A DNA stretch of 63,997 nucleotides, counting the filler, from Barthelona sp. PAP020 (lineage: Eukaryota), in assembly GCA_040182905.1 (NCBI GenBank). It is 25 parts of 25 records of this genome, joined end to end, with 100 filler letters (N's around TTAATTAATTAA, not from the genome) between each part and the next. Parts side by side here need not be neighbours in the genome. Positions count along the whole stretch, not along the records: positions 1 to 2,574 come from JARQWU010000813.1; positions 2,675 to 5,244 come from JARQWU010000814.1; positions 5,345 to 7,909 come from JARQWU010000815.1; positions 8,010 to 10,568 come from JARQWU010000816.1; positions 10,669 to 13,224 come from JARQWU010000817.1; 20 more parts are not named here. One strand, written 5' to 3'. A model generated the notes under the pieces. The model made no database searches. It was not told the origin of the DNA and was given only the letters and a program-made list of their open reading frames with translations. A program made the position numbers and the translations under genes. Below are positions 1 to 11,680 of this stretch, piece after piece (the stretch's first letter is position 1; every line of letters starts with the position of its first letter).

Positions 1-602
1 AACCTAAACAAAACAAAAATCACATTTCATCCAACAAACAAATATCTCAATTATAAAATAAACAAATATCAAATAAGAGATGAAAGAATGTCATTTTTGA
101 TTACATAAAAGTAAGAAAGTCCTTAAAAAAAAGACTTCAAAAACAATACAGTGCAAAGATTTTACAAACATTTTCATAAATAATTCATGTCATGTATGAC
201 CCACGCAGAAGATAGTAGACAATAAATAAGTTTCACGTGAAAAGTTGAACAAAAGCGGGAAAAGTTGACTAAATTCAATCATAATTTATTTCAATGTTTT
301 TTATAAATTTGAACCCAAAAAAGAATACTTTCTTTCAGTGCAAAATCGGCTTTTCTTTTGTGAAGTTAGTTCTTTATTTATCACTCCTATTTCAAAGACA
401 GTGCACAAATAAAAAATTATTTTTCTTTTAAAACTAGCACTTGAATAAAGAAAAAAATTAAACATAAGGCTTCTTTCAAACAAAACAAAGTTTAATCTTG
501 CCCAGAAATAATGTGATAAAAGAGTTTGAAAAGAAATTAACTCCTTGAGAAGAAAAAGAAATCTTTCTTCTGATTTTCTTTTGTCGAAGCATTAATTTTA
601 AA

Positions 603-1904
603 ATGGAATCAGAAAAAGAAAATGTGGAAGAGAAAACCAAAGATTTAAACGAGATTGAAACTTTTTTTGAGGTTAGAAGTATTATTAATGCAGGAGACAA
701 AATTCATGAAATTTCAGGATTCTCCAATAAAATTCATTGTATTGATTTTTCGAATGATGGGAGTATATTTGTTGTTTGTGTTTATAATAATAAGGAGAAT
801 GAATCAATTATGATTTTTGATTCAGAAACTTACACAAAAATTCACAATATTAAAGTAGATCGACCTTGGTACTGTTGTTTCTCTGCAGATAATCTATATT
901 TAGCAGTTTGTGATTCATCAAAAGTATACATTCATCGAAATGACCGCAGCAAGAATTTTGAATGGGTTCAAACTTTCGATGCTGAAACTGAAATTTATTC
1001 GTTATGCTTCTCTAAAACAGATAGCAACATTCTCTTTTGTGGAAGCACGTCTGGAATGTTGATAAAGCTTGACATACAAAGAGGAGAGAAATTGAACTCT
1101 TGTAAGCCGCCAGGTAACGATCAATTTATTTGGCGAATTGATGTCAATCCCGAAAACACTTTACTTGCGGCAGGTAGTGCTGATAACAATCTGTATGTTG
1201 TTGATATAGAAAGCTTCAGTTTAGCTTGGAGCGTATCTAATCACACAAGCTGTATCTGTTGTGTACAATTTAGCCATTCAGGGGAATATCTCATCAGTTC
1301 TAGTGAAGATGGCCATGTCCATATGTATAGTGTCACAACCCAAGAATTGATTCATTCTGTGAGTATAATCACAGAATTTGGTGACAATGAAAACTTTGAC
1401 AACAGTTTCATTGAATATGTGAAGTTTTTTTCAAAGGACAGACAAATTTTAGCTCTCGCCCGTGGAAAATTTTTTATTATCGATGTAGCGACTTTCAAAA
1501 TTACACAGATTATCGATGCAAATCTCGAATCAAATTATGTTGGTGTTGGAATTTCGAAGGATGAAACGCAAATTTTAGTAGGAAGAACAAATGATTGTGC
1601 TTTAGATGTATATGCTACGAATTTGTTTGCAAATAATGGCTTGGAACAGGAAATTGATCAATTGATTAATCTTTCCAGAAAGTACAATGGTGGTGTTATT
1701 CTTGCTGCAAAAAAATATGAATACTTTCACACCAATTTTATTCGCAGACTCGTCAATGCTGGTTTAGTTGTAAAGCAGGAAGAATTTGATGATATCATCA
1801 ATCTGGTATGGGATCTTGTGGAACAGAATGGACAGAACAATGGAAATTTAGAAGAATTCATGGAATTGAACAACAATGATGATGAAACAATTGATGATGA
1901 TTGA
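603..1904 (+). CDS. WD40 beta-propeller protein with family-specific C-terminal domain
   Basis: 433-aa ORF with WD-type repeats (HTSCICCVQFSHSGEYLISSSEDGHVHMY). C-terminal IRRLVNAG..EEFDDIINLVWDLV..N..NNGN is shared with 24698-25906 and 17752-18522. Confidence 0.85.
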   Translation: MESEKENVEEKTKDLNEIETFFEVRSIINAGDKIHEISGFSNKIHCIDFSNDGSIFVVCVYNNKENESIMIFDSETYTKIHNIKVDRPWYCCFSADNLYLAVCDSSKVYIHRNDRSKNFEWVQTFDAETEIYSLCFSKTDSNILFCGSTSGMLIKLDIQRGEKLNSCKPPGNDQFIWRIDVNPENTLLAAGSADNNLYVVDIESFSLAWSVSNHTSCICCVQFSHSGEYLISSSEDGHVHMYSVTTQELIHSVSIITEFGDNENFDNSFIEYVKFFSKDRQILALARGKFFIIDVATFKITQIIDANLESNYVGVGISKDETQILVGRTNDCALDVYATNLFANNGLEQEIDQLINLSRKYNGGVILAAKKYEYFHTNFIRRLVNAGLVVKQEEFDDIINLVWDLVEQNGQNNGNLEEFMELNNNDDETIDDD

Positions 1905-2574
1905 GTTTTCGTGTAAACGTGTTGATTTTTTTTTTTCCTAACTTGGCCAACACTCTTTATATTTTAAGCTAAAAATATGATTATAAAATCTGTTTTCAAG
2001 TCCCTTAGGAACATATGAAAACAAAATCTAAGGGATTTTTGAACACTTCTAATCAGATGTTCAATGTGAAAGATTAATTAAGAAGCTACAATTGATCAGA
2101 TTTGTTATCTTTTTTAAACACAATTTTTACGTAGAAATATTTCTTTTTGGCATATTAATGTTGAATTGGTCAAAGAAAAAATGGTTGACAACGACAAAAA
2201 GTCAGTGTAAGTTACTCCTTCCATTTAACACAGACATTTCCATAATTGGATTTCTAATGCACGTGATTGGTCTATTTCTAGATGCAGATACTTGGTACAC
2301 CTTTCTTTCACCCCTTATTTTGCTAAAGTTATCTTTTCTAACTTGAAATTACAATTGCTTGAAGAAGATCCTCGCAAATCTGTTCAATCAATCCATATGT
2401 TAGAATTACCCAGTGCTTTTGCCGAGTTTGATTCTCTTGGGGAACACAAAATATGTTAGATGTTGTTTCAGCTGGACGTTTGTTACGTGATTCCAAGAGC
2501 AGATCTTTCAGAATGCCCATTGCACGTATGGTAGCCATTTGTGGTTCTCCTGAAGAAGCTGAAATGTTGAATGA

Positions 2575-2674
2575 NNNNNNNNNNNNNNNNNNNNNNNNNN
2601 NNNNNNNNNNNNNNNNNNTTAATTAATTAANNNNNNNNNNNNNNNNNNNNNNNNNNNNNNNNNNNNNNNNNNNN
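2575..2674. other. Artificial contig-joining spacer (N-run + TTAATTAATTAA + N-run); first of 24 such spacers, about one every 2.5 kb
   Basis: The same 100-nt N-padded linker with stops in all frames recurs throughout, and genes are cut at every linker. Confidence 0.98.
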
Positions 2675-2936
2675 GGGCAGCTATCTCTTGTTTGAGAAGC
2701 TTTGCAGCCTCAACATGCTCAGTGGCATCTTGTCTGGCTTTTTTAGCTTTTCCAATAGCTTTTGAAGCCGTATTCAAATCACCCCTTAATTTGTCTAATT
2801 TGCTCTTTTCATCACGAAACTTTTGATCTAATTCAACGATGTCGTCAATAATTTTTGGGTCTCTTCCACGTCTTCTTTGAGATTCTCTCAAATCTTCTAT
2901 ATCAGTACGTCTAAATAATTTAATGTCTAAAACCAT
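2675..2936 (-). CDS. SARS: Cytosolic seryl-tRNA synthetase, 5' fragment
   Basis: MVLDIKLFR..LRESQRRRG start followed by a coiled-coil arm, typical of the eukaryotic SerRS N-terminus; cut by linker. Confidence 0.9.
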
Positions 2937-3031
2937 AACAATATGTGTGGAAAAATATCTTGGATTGACAAAATAAATTGGAAAATTTGCAAATTTTCCC
3001 CTTTTTTTTCTTCGTTTTTACAACAAAAATC

Positions 3032-3798
3032 ATGTCCAACGACTATCAAGAGAGAAAAATGACTCTCAAAAAGAGCGTATTATTGATGCTGAGTATAATT
3101 TTCTAATATTTAAGTTTATTTCTGAAGGTATCCTTCGCGCTGAAGTTAATGAGTTTTTCAAGAAAGAATTCGCTGATTCTAACTACATTGGTTGCACTGT
3201 TCGTGTTCAACCCAGTGGAAGAGTTGAAATTAGAGTTCATTCTTCTGATTCTAGAAAGGTCGCTGGTGAAAACGATTCTCGTATTCGTTCTGTCAAGGGT
3301 TTACTTTCTCAACGTTTGAATATTCCTGAAAAGATGATCAAGCTCACCATCAAGAAGGTTGAAATTCAAGAAACCAAGCTTTCCGCTCAAGTTATGGTTG
3401 AACGTCTTCGTAATGAAATCATCAACGGTTCTGCTCCTCGTCGTGCTGCCAATATGGTTATTCGTGATGCTATGAAGGCTAAAGCTAAAGGTGTTGAAGT
3501 TATCATTTCTGGTAAGGTTCATGCTCAACGTGCCAAAGCTCTTAAATTCGGTGCTGGATATATTTTAAAGACTGGTCAACCTAACAAAGATTATACTGAA
3601 ACTGGTATTAGATGTTACAAGACTGCCCTCGGTATTTTGGGTATGAAGGTCACTATCATGCGTGAAGAACCTATTGATGGAGAAAAGAGACCTTTACCTG
3701 ATCAAATTGTCATTAACGATCCCAAGTTTGAAAATATGGAAGTTATTGAACCCAAGCCCGTCTTTGAAGTTGTTAAAGAAGTTGAAGAAACCAACTAA
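3032..3798 (+). CDS. RPS3: 40S ribosomal protein S3 (uS3); exons 3032-3076 and 3115-3798
   Basis: Removing intron 3077-3114 gives MSNDYQERKMTLKKSFISEGILRAEVNEFF.. in frame with the 3316 ORF (LSAQVMVERLR, AKGVEVIISGK, GILGMKVTIM). Confidence 0.93.
3077..3114 (+). other. 38-nt spliceosomal intron in RPS3
   Basis: GTATT...CTAATATTTAAG; removal restores the reading frame and uS3 similarity. Confidence 0.88.
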
Positions 3799-4025
3799 TA
3801 GATCTTCTGTGAAAAATATTGGGATCCTTTGATTTTTTGTTGAATAAATCAGTAAAAACGATTTTTTTTTTAATTTGAAAATTATTATGTGTTGGCTCAA
3901 TCATTTATCTTGTTTTTGGAGAAAAGAGAGAAAAAATAAATCACTGTAAAAGCAAAGAGAAAAAAAAAAGAAAAAGAAAGAAAAGACTGGAACAGATTTT
4001 TTTTTAACTATTCAACCATGACTGT

Positions 4026-5244
4026 ATGATAGAAGTATCAGAAGAACAATATCAAGAGTATACATCTGAATTTGAATACAATTATGATGAACAAAGTGTT
4101 CGTGATATCAAACAATATTTTGAAAGTAGATTATACACACATGTTATTCAATGTTCAGATGCTATATTGGAAAAGGAACCCAATAATATTATTGTTTTAG
4201 AATATTTGGCATGTTCTTATTTACAAATTAAAAATTTTAAAATGGGAATTGAAACTTTCAACAAAATTGCACAATTAACCAAAACTTCCTTTTTAACGAA
4301 TTATAATTTGTCATTACATCATTATAATGAAGGTAATTATGATTTAGCTTATCAATATTGTCTAAATGCTTGTAATGTTAATGACAGTGATAGAAAGAAT
4401 TTATCTTATTTATTGATGGCAAAAATATGTAAAAAAATGAAGCGAAATGGACTTTCCAAGACATATTTGAAGTTAGTTGTCAATTCAACGAATGAATATA
4501 ATGATAAAATGAACTATTTGCAAGCTTGCTACGAATTAAGTAAGATCTATGAAATTGAAGGATTGATGATAGATTTAAGAGATTTGATTGTTAAAATATG
4601 TAGTTGGTTGAATTTGAATGAAGAAAATGAGGTTAAATTGAATGAGAATTGGGTTGATATTGCAAAATGTTTGAAATCTGCTGGATATATTAAAGAATCG
4701 TTGATATTATTAAATAATATATCTTTAAGCTTTAAAAATATGTATTTGATTCCTGAATGTTATGAAAGTTTAGGGAAATTTGATTTGGCCTTGGCAGAAT
4801 GGGGGAAAATGCTGGACGAATTAAAAAATATTCAATTTTTCACGACAAAGTTAAAATTGCGATTGAATTTACATGTTAGAACTCAAATGTCAGAAAATTA
4901 TATGTTAATAAATGATTATTTTAATGCTGAAAAGATTTTATCTGATTTTCATGTTGAAACTGAAGATTCTTTAAATGATTATGACATTATTGAGTTGGTT
5001 GTTCGTAAAAACAAACAATTAGGGAACCTTTTGAGGAAAATTAAAAACTATACAAAGAGCGCTGAATACTTTCAATTTGCGTACAACTATTTGGTCGAAA
5101 ATGTTGGTGAACGTCCTGAAGAAAATTTTTATCTGAATCTTTATACAGAACTATTCAATGATTATGGTTTGATCTTTCATCATCAAAATAAATATCATGA
5201 AGCATTACAATGGTTTAATTTAAGTCTTGAATACAATGAAAAGT
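4026..5244 (+). CDS. TPR-repeat protein, 3' truncated
   Basis: Repeated TPR-like helices (LEYLACSYLQIKNFKMGIETFNK; YGLIFHHQNKYHEALQWFNLSLE). Confidence 0.75.
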
Positions 5245-6646
5245 NNNNNNNNNNNNNNNNNNNNNNNNNNNNNNNNNNNNNNNNNNNNTTAATTAATTAA
5301 NNNNNNNNNNNNNNNNNNNNNNNNNNNNNNNNNNNNNNNNNNNNCAGTTTTGAGTGTTTGCTGTCGTCACTCAATTGGGATGTTTTATGGAGTCTCTTTA
5401 CGGAAAAGTTCAATAAAGTCTTATTTCATATTTTTTTTTTGTTCAATCATTTTTTTCATTTTTGAACCAACTTAACAACAAATTTTTACCATTTTTACAA
5501 TCATTTACTTTATTCTTCATTCAACCCAACTACATCCTGAAACAATAAATAAATAAAGGGAAAATGAATTTTTGTAAAGAAATCGTGCGAATTTAGTATT
5601 GAAAAAACAATTGGAACTCCATTTTCACAAATCAAGGATTGCTGAAATATTCTCAAAATAAAGGATGCAAACAGATGAATTAAAGAAAGAAAGAAATATC
5701 TTTGCAGCAGTTAATAAACTTGTTGAAGTTGAATTGAAAGAATTAGAATATTGTTTTGTTGAAAACATACTGCTGAAATTACGTTGGGTAAATCATTGAA
5801 AATGCCAGACAACTTCACAACGATTCTTTGAGAGTATTTTCAAGCCAATTAACCAAGAAAAATGGTCATTTTAAATTACTTCTTTTACTCCAAAACATCT
5901 TGCCAAATTATCAAAGATCAGTATTATTTCTGAAGAAAACAATAATAAAGTAGAAACTCACAATGTTTTTTCCAAACCAAAGAAAAGGAAAAGAGCCTGT
6001 TTTTAAAAGCGATGTTCAACATTTGATTTATAAAAAGGTAATTAGTAGCAGTAAAAAAAAAGAAAATATTTATTCAATTAAAAACTTTCGTTCTTCATTC
6101 ATCCATTGAAACTTTCGTTCTTCAAAATGAAAGTCAAAACTTCAAAATTTCTCTCTTGTTAAAAAGGATTTTTACCCTTTTTGAAGGCTAATTAAAAGTT
6201 CAAAACTTTCAACAATTTTTTTCAAACTTCAAAATCCAAAAAGCAAAAACCAATCATACCATATTTACTCATTAAAAGTCATTACTTTTATTTGGAAGCA
6301 ATAAGAATTGTGAAGTCATTCATGTATTTGTATCATACGACCAACCAATTAAACATAATTAGATGTTTATTGCAGTTCAAATATAATAAGTATATATAAT
6401 AGGTTGAAGATTTTTTGTTGTGATTGAGGCATTGAAGAGAACAAAGCTCACTCTTTGATTATTAACAACAAAATTGAAGGGTTCATAAAATGTGGGTTAC
6501 ACATTGATCCAAAACTGCAAATTTAAAATATGGATAGAAAGCTGTGATATAGAGTTGGATGTTTTCAAGTAATATTGTTGTGTGATAATTTATCAATACG
6601 CCAGTGTTTTGTGAATTCAAATTTGTAAAATAGTAAAAGGATTGGA

Positions 6647-7909
6647 TCAATTATAGAAGGGTTGGAGAAGTTGTACAATTTGGGAATGACCTTTGCTTCT
6701 GGCCATATCCATTGGTGTCCATCTTTGTTGAACTTTGAGTTTTACATTGGCCCCATTATCTAAAAGAAGTTTAACTATGTCAAGATGACCTTTTTCACAA
6801 CTGATGTACAATGGAGTAAATCCACCGTCCCTACACAAATTAACATCGGCCCCATGATTCAAGAGCATTTTGGCAACATCAAGATGACCTTCTTGACAAC
6901 TGATGAACAATGGAGAACCGCCATTATTATTACACAAATTAACATTTGCTCCATGATACAAGAGCATTTTGGCAACATCAAGATGACCATTTTGACAACT
7001 GATGTACAATGGAGAGGCACCATTTTTGTTGCACAAATTAACATTTGCTTCATGATCCAAGAGCATTTTGGCAATATCAAGATGACCATTGTAACAACTG
7101 ATGTACAATGGAGAAAATCCACCGCTCTTACACAAATTAACATCAGCCCCATGATCCAAGAGCATTTTGCAAACGTCAACATGACCTTCTTTACAATTGA
7201 TGTACAATGGCGAAGTACCATTATTATTACCCAAATTAACATTTGCTCCATGATACAAGAGCATTTTGGCAACATCAAGATGATCATTTTCACAACTGAT
7301 GTACAATGGAGAAGTACCATTATTATTGCGCAAATTAACATCAGCGCCAAAATCCAATAATAACTCAACAACTTCTAATTGCCCATAAAAAGCAGCTCCC
7401 CAAAGCGATGTCTTTCCTTCCTTGCCCTGTTTGTTCAGATCAACGCCCGCCTTGATACACTGCTTTACAATCTCAAGATTACCCCTACATGCTGCAAAAT
7501 AGATCTTCTTTGGTCGATTTTCTTCAAATCCATCCACGTCAAACCCATCCGGAACAACAACTTTATCCATCTTATACTTAACATATGGGTCAACTTTGTG
7601 ATATTCATGATGTTCATGTTTCGCCATTGTACTCATCATTTCCAACCCGTTGATCAACATATCAAGATATTCGATAATCTCTGAAAAGGTGGGTCTTTTT
7701 TCAGGGTTGGAATCAAAACACCTGGATACGAACTCATATCCAACAACCCGCTCAATATTGCTGAAAGGCTTCATTCCAGTACACAACTTTAAATTAACCA
7801 TATGATCAGGAACACCATCAAAAGGAATATAACCCGTCATCACCTCAAAAAAAGTCACAGCAAATGCCCAATAATCAATTCCTGGATGTGTAACGGCATT
7901 TTCTTGGGT
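6647..7909 (-). CDS. Protein kinase (C-lobe remnant) plus ankyrin-repeat protein, 5' truncated
   Basis: Kinase C-lobe (CFDSNPEKRPTFSEI) followed by ~8 ankyrin repeats; paralog of 42539-44684. Confidence 0.9.
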   Translation of the reverse strand, partial: TQENAVTHPGIDYWAFAVTFFEVMTGYIPFDGVPDHMVNLKLCTGMKPFSNIERVVGYEFVSRCFDSNPEKRPTFSEIIEYLDMLINGLEMMSTMAKHEHHEYHKVDPYVKYKMDKVVVPDGFDVDGFEENRPKKIYFAACRGNLEIVKQCIKAGVDLNKQGKEGKTSLWGAAFYGQLEVVELLLDFGADVNLRNNNGTSPLYISCENDHLDVAKMLLYHGANVNLGNNNGTSPLYINCKEGHVDVCKMLLDHGADVNLCKSGGFSPLYISCYNGHLDIAKMLLDHEANVNLCNKNGASPLYISCQNGHLDVAKMLLYHGANVNLCNNNGGSPLFISCQEGHLDVAKMLLNHGADVNLCRDGGFTPLYISCEKGHLDIVKLLLDNGANVKLKVQQRWTPMDMARSKGHSQIVQLLQPFYN

Positions 7910-8009
7910 NNNNNNNNNNNNNNNNNNNNNNNNNNNNNNNNNNNNNNNNNNNNTTAATTAATTAANNNNNNNNNNNNNNNNNNNNNNNNNNNNNNNNNNN
8001 NNNNNNNNN

Positions 8010-10568
8010 CGGAAAGGATGTTTACAGGTATTGAATCAATGGTTAAAAGAAGAAGAAAGTAAGAAGATTGTCATGAAGTTTCTTCAAGAGTTTGAGTTTG
8101 ATTATGATAAATTGAGAATTTTAAGCTATACTCAAATGAATCAATTGTTTGAAGTTTTGATTGATTTACGCTTGAAATTAATCATTCAATGTGTAATACA
8201 AAGCAAAATTAAAGGATATGCCAAAGATTTGATTGAATTATACATATCGAAACCTAAAATGAATTTTAAAGCTGTAAATTTATCATTTAATGTGTGGTAT
8301 AGATTATTTCGCAGTTTAGATGATATTACTAGAGCTTTTTCGATTCTATTTACTGGAAAGATTCAAGTAAAAGCATTTTTAGAAGTGTATCTCAACAGCA
8401 ACACTCTTGATCTTGATTATATTTTTGATTCACTTCTTAAACAGAAAAATTTCCTTATTTTATCATATTTGATCACTGCATCATTCGAATTAAACATTCA
8501 GCAGAGTTTTGTTAATAAGGTGTTTGAAATAACACATGATAACACATCCAACAATTTAGTTCCATTTTTAATTTATGGTATGAGCTTATTGTCATTTGAT
8601 ACCTTGATAAAATCTCGTGTTTTAGATGTTGATTTGATTAAAAGTTTGGATATTTTGAATTTTTTCAAATTGTTCAACAATAAAATTATGATAGATGGTA
8701 AAGAAGAGCTTATAGTGTCTGATGACCTGTTATACTGTTATTTGGACAGTGTGTTTTTTTATGAATTGATATCTACAGGGCAATATCAAATCAGTCAATT
8801 GATTGAAGTTTTCAATCGATTGATTTTATCCTTGAATTCTGATAGCATTTTAAATTTTAAACCTGTTGCCTTGCGATATTACAGTAATTTTGATGCGATT
8901 CTTGCTTCAAAAGAAAGTAACACGATATTTAACTTGATTGCAAATGGTGAAACTGATTATGTCATTGAAATCTTTCAAAACATTAAGAAGTTTGATCCTT
9001 TCTTCGTTGATAATTCAGGACAAAATATAGCACATATTTGTGCTTTATATAATGATTGTAAATGTTTAAATCATTTGCCTAAACCGATTAAAGAAGAAGA
9101 TCGATCAAAATTATTGTTAGTTAAAGATAATGGAGGGTTACAACCTTGTAATATCATTAAAGATTTAAAAGACCCATCAAATATCAACGATTTAGCGTTT
9201 ATGGAACAAATTTGTTTGTTTGATGCTCATTTCTTAACTTTTTTGTTGAATAGTTCCTTTAAATATTGGGCTATTGAGTTTTATTTCAAGCATATTGATA
9301 TTATTGGCAGAAATGGACGTTTTTTAACTTTATTGGTGAACGAGCCTGATCTTATTTCTCATGCTTTTACTTGTGATCTGCCAAATTTATCTCAATATGA
9401 GTGGTTTGAGGTGTTGATTCAATTAGTTGTTTCAAATAACAATAGAATTACGCAATCAGGTATTAATTTTATGCATAATCTGGACGGTGATTTTGTTACC
9501 CAGCGAAAATCAATTTTTGAAGGAAAACCTTTGTTTGAGCTGGCAAAGAACAATCAAATTGATTGCTTAAATCAGATCGTTGATTTTGGTCTTCAAATTG
9601 ACCACGAAATGATTAATAAGTTCAACACTTACAATGTTTTACATTTTGCTTTAGAAGGTTGTGCTTTTGATACCTTTGATAAAGTTGCCAAATTACAACC
9701 TCAAATTGCCAAACAATTGTTTGATTCAACTTTGAAAAGAGCTGTTGATGACTCTCAATATTCTGATTTGGTTGCAAAATTGTGTTTGAGTAAAGCTTTT
9801 CTTATTGACGACATTGTTGATGAGCAAGGGAATACAATGTTACATTTGGCAATCAAAAATAAAAACATTGATCAAGCTCATTTGTTAAGACAATTAGGAG
9901 CCAATCCAAACATTGCAAACAAAAATGGAGACACTTGTGTTAATTTAGCTGTTGACAATAATTATGGAGAATTAATGAGCGTTATGGCCAATCCTGTCAG
10001 TACCACTATTGTTGTTGGTTTATTTATGGTTCTTTTTGTTTTACCATATTACTTACATTTTCCTATGCCTTTAGTTGTTCTTGGGCTACAATCATTGTTA
10101 TTAACTGTGCTAGGTTTTATTTATGTTAAGCTGTTGGGTTATACACAAACGTTGGGGAATCAATTATTAATTTTGATTAAGACAGCAACCTTTATATTTT
10201 CTTTATCATTGTATTGTTGGTATTCGATTGAACGAGATAATTTGTTAGATGTTAATACGTTGAAATGGTGTATTGGAACGAATCATTTGCTTGCTTTGGT
10301 ATTTACGTTGACTGAAATTCCTTCAATCAAAGGATTTTTAACAAGAAAGCAATATGTTAGTTTTTTTTCATGTTTGATTTTACCATTCATTCAAGTATCA
10401 AGTTCATTTTTCACTGGAGAGAAAAGATTTTTATTTAATACTGATTTAACTTCAGCAAATTTGATTCTGAATACTTTATTACCTAAATTTTGGTTAATTA
10501 TTCCACCATTAACCTTAATTGGACAATATGGTGCTATATATCAAAATATTTCTTTCTTTATGTTAACT
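8010..10568 (+). CDS. Large ankyrin-repeat protein with C-terminal multi-pass membrane region (internal fragment)
   Basis: Ankyrin motifs (DEQGNTMLHLAI..GANPNIANKNGDTCV) followed by several hydrophobic helices; open across the whole contig. Confidence 0.75.
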
Positions 10569-11086
10569 NNNNNNNNNNNNNNNNNNNNNNNNNNNNNNNN
10601 NNNNNNNNNNNNTTAATTAATTAANNNNNNNNNNNNNNNNNNNNNNNNNNNNNNNNNNNNNNNNNNNNTTCTTGTTTTTTCGACCCTTTAAAAAAATCTC
10701 CAATCCATACTGGTTTTGTTCCAAAAGAGCATAAACTCGCACAAAATTCAATGGGAGATGAGTTCATAATAAAGCTTCAAAAATAAATATTATTTTTCAA
10801 TGTTATTCTTTTATTTCAATAATATAATTTGAAATTATCTAACTTTGAATAGGAATATTCTTGATGTTCCTCCTTGAAAAAAAGGAAATTTTTGACAATT
10901 TTATTTCAATTTTGAAGGTGGAAAATAAAACTGCCAAAAGAAAAATTTGATGTTTTAAATAAGTGGTTGTAGCAAAAATGGGGATTGTTCAAAACAACAA
11001 AAAATTGCCGATCTCAACAAAAAAAGAATGGGGAGATCATCAAATGCGAACCTCATAATAAATTGCTCTCAACTTTTTTTTTTAAA

Positions 11087-11680
11087 ATGGTTTACACAAT
11101 GAATGCGGCAATCGGACGAGTTTATTCATATTTAATTTGGATTTCATATGTTATTATGTTACTTTTCCATTTTATTGAACTGGAATTTATCAAATTTAAC
11201 TTCTATTATCTTGGATTTTATTTAAGTTTTGAATTTTTGATGAAAGTGATATTCATGTTCAAAGAACCTTCCCCATTTACCTTAATATCCAAACTTTTGC
11301 AAGGCATTTTCAAAGAAAAAGAAGTTGATCCTTCTGGAAATCGTGCAGCATGGACTGCCGGTTGTGTTATGTCATTGGCTATTGGTATCTTTGGTACCAT
11401 TTTGGACAATCAAATTGTTACTCTTATTCTTACTTTAATAATGTTTATTATGGTTACTCTTCAAGCCTTTAATAACTTCTGCGTTATGTGTTGGATCATT
11501 GGACAGTATAAAAAGCGTGTTCAAGGAGTTGATTCTTGTTGTGCCAATGGTGTTTGTGAAAAACCCATTGAAACAGCATATGATGATCTTTTTGGTGCTG
11601 CTGCTGCTTATGATGTGTCAGATGATCAAGTCAAGAATTTGGAAGTTGATTCAGATGAAAACACTTCTTCTTCCAATTGA
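11087..11680 (+). CDS. DUF4395-like membrane protein
   Basis: Four hydrophobic segments and the LQAFNNFCVMCWI motif, resembling the DUF4395 FCxGC signature; Cys-rich CCANGVCE tail. Confidence 0.6.
   Translation: MVYTMNAAIGRVYSYLIWISYVIMLLFHFIELEFIKFNFYYLGFYLSFEFLMKVIFMFKEPSPFTLISKLLQGIFKEKEVDPSGNRAAWTAGCVMSLAIGIFGTILDNQIVTLILTLIMFIMVTLQAFNNFCVMCWIIGQYKKRVQGVDSCCANGVCEKPIETAYDDLFGAAAAYDVSDDQVKNLEVDSDENTSSSN

Noticed and set aside
6785..7371. Long antisense and alternative-frame ORFs over ankyrin genes (also 26734-28086, 38578-39322, 42572-43054)
   Set aside because: By-products of the stop-free 99-bp tandem repeat unit; no independent coding evidence.
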